Below are positions 62,790 through 64,000 of a DNA stretch of 64,000 nucleotides, one piece after another. Position 1 is the stretch's first letter. Every line of letters begins with the position of its first letter. The position numbers and the translations under genes were made by a program. A model generated the notes under the pieces. The model worked only from the letters and a program-made list of their open reading frames with translations, did no database searches and was not told the DNA's origin. This stretch comes from an uncultured Alphaproteobacteria bacterium (GTDB taxonomy: Bacteria > Pseudomonadota > Alphaproteobacteria > Sphingomonadales > Sphingomonadaceae), in NCBI GenBank assembly GCA_963783265.1, contig CAWAMU010000017.1, forward strand, positions 286-64,285, in the 5' to 3' direction.

Positions 62790-63722
62790 CTAAAGGCGCT
62801 CGATCTTCCGGGCAAGCTCGTCGATCAGGTCGACAACCTTGTCCTTGTCCATATCCTTCAGCCCGCCATTCGATGCCTTGTTCTTGAGCACCGAACCGAG
62901 GTTACCCATGGCGCGGAACAGCTCGCCCGAACCGGTGGGGCGTGCCCGCTCCCGCTTGCGACCCAACCGTTCCCACAGTTCCTCCAGCTCGTCCTTGCGG
63001 TCTTCCAGTTCGGCAAGGCCGGTCTTGGTCGCCTGGAACAGCTTCTTGGCATCATCGCTGTCCTTCTCGGCGATCACGCCTTCGTCGGCCAGCATCTGCA
63101 AGGTCGGGTAGATCGTGCCGGGACTGGGCGAGTAGGAACCCGCTGTCATTTCCTCCAGCGCCTTTATCAGTTCATAGCCATGACGCGGTTCCTCCGCCAG
63201 CATGGCAAGCAGCACCAGTCGCAATTCACCGGGACCAAACAGGCGACGCCTGCGCGGTGCGTCATCGCCCTGGGGGCGGCGTTGCTGTCGCCTGGCGCCC
63301 TTGCCGCTCTTGGCGAACAGTCCGCCGGGGCCAAACATTCCATCCTTGCCGAATGGGCCACCGGGGCCAAAAGGTCCACCCGGACCGAATGGGCCATCGC
63401 GGCCCAGCGGACCGTCGGAACCGAAAATACCATCAGAACCGAACAGGTCGTTGGTGCTATAGGCGCGCCGGCGATAGCGGTTTGAACCGCGTTCACCCCG
63501 ATCTTCGTCTTCGTCTCCGCCGTTGCCGTTGATTTCCACTTCGATCTCCACGTCGAAATTCTCCCCTTCCGGGTGATCCTCGATCTCGCCTTCGACCTCC
63601 TCGATATCGTCGGGCTCGACCACCTCTTCGCGTGCCTTGGCGCTGCCTTGACGCGAGGCGGCGCCAGTGGCCGCTTTCCCCGTCTGGCGCGTTTTGCGCG
63701 GCTTCTTGTTATCCTTGCTCAT
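62790..63722 (-). CDS. PadR family regulator with long low-complexity N-terminus
   Basis: GELRLVLLAML..PRHGYELIK..YSPSPGTIYPTL..EG.I. Confidence 0.9.
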   Translation of the reverse strand: MSKDNKKPRKTRQTGKAATGAASRQGSAKAREEVVEPDDIEEVEGEIEDHPEGENFDVEIEVEINGNGGDEDEDRGERGSNRYRRRAYSTNDLFGSDGIFGSDGPLGRDGPFGPGGPFGPGGPFGKDGMFGPGGLFAKSGKGARRQQRRPQGDDAPRRRRLFGPGELRLVLLAMLAEEPRHGYELIKALEEMTAGSYSPSPGTIYPTLQMLADEGVIAEKDSDDAKKLFQATKTGLAELEDRKDELEELWERLGRKRERARPTGSGELFRAMGNLGSVLKNKASNGGLKDMDKDKVVDLIDELARKIERL

Positions 63723-63750
63723 AAATGCACTCCAGCCTGTCCCACGCCCT

Positions 63751-63764
63751 TAAGATATATCTTA
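63751..63764. promoter_or_regulatory. Palindromic operator candidate upstream of the PadR gene
   Basis: Perfect 14-bp palindrome TAAGATATATCTTA, 29 bp upstream of the start codon. Confidence 0.65.
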
Positions 63765-63842
63765 GTGCTATCGTAACAAGAGGAGGCGAAAAATTTTCCG
63801 GCCCGCCCTACCTCGTGCAGGCAGAACCGCTACATAGGCATC

Positions 63843-64000
63843 ATGGCCGATCTATTTGCCGACGAAGCCCCGCAATCCGCGCCCGATGCGGTGAGCGATG
63901 ACGCCCCCCTCGCGGATCGCCTGCGCCCGCGCAGCCTGGCGGACGTTATCGGGCAGGAACACATCACCGGGCCCGAGGGGGCAATCGGGCGGATGGTGGC
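63843..64000 (+). CDS. rarA: Replication-associated recombination protein A, N-terminus (runs off window)
   Basis: MADLF..PLADRLRPRSLADVIGQEH. Confidence 0.85.
   Translation, partial: MADLFADEAPQSAPDAVSDDAPLADRLRPRSLADVIGQEHITGPEGAIGRMV

Overview
This GC-rich window looks like Sphingomonadales, probably Erythrobacteraceae (inferred from gcrA, crtW/crtZ, the TonB-dependent receptor and gene order). Bases 1-9580 are the right end of an accessory island inserted at the 3' end of tRNA-Ser(CGA). It holds a broken, C-terminally truncated P4-type integrase, a sulfotransferase/alkyl-sulfatase/Zn-ADH/SDR operon, an AraC regulator and two exported glycosidases. The rest is mostly core chromosome: hspQ, gcrA, transporters, rimP-nusA-infB-rbfA-truB-rpsO-pnp, a psp locus, crtW-crtZ, leuC/leuD, bolA-grxD, tRNA-Arg(TCT), recF, tesA with its ABC transporter, a TonB receptor, typA, a PadR regulator and the start of rarA. 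The most unusual signal is an expanded Psp-like envelope-stress system. pspF/pspABC is followed by six mostly translationally coupled small membrane proteins sharing a PspC-C-terminus-like motif. About 11 kb downstream, a second sigma-54 locus encodes two ~40-aa peptides and a stand-alone PspC-domain gene. A third sigma-54 promoter appears to drive only a hairpin RNA. All three promoters carry the same GCAGRAWTCCG box at an identical distance from TGGCAC. Many genes, including essential infB and nusA, have single-base frameshifts, mostly in homopolymers, so most frameshifts are probably assembly errors. Boundaries of frameshifted genes were reconstructed by eye. No CRISPR array or rRNA was seen.
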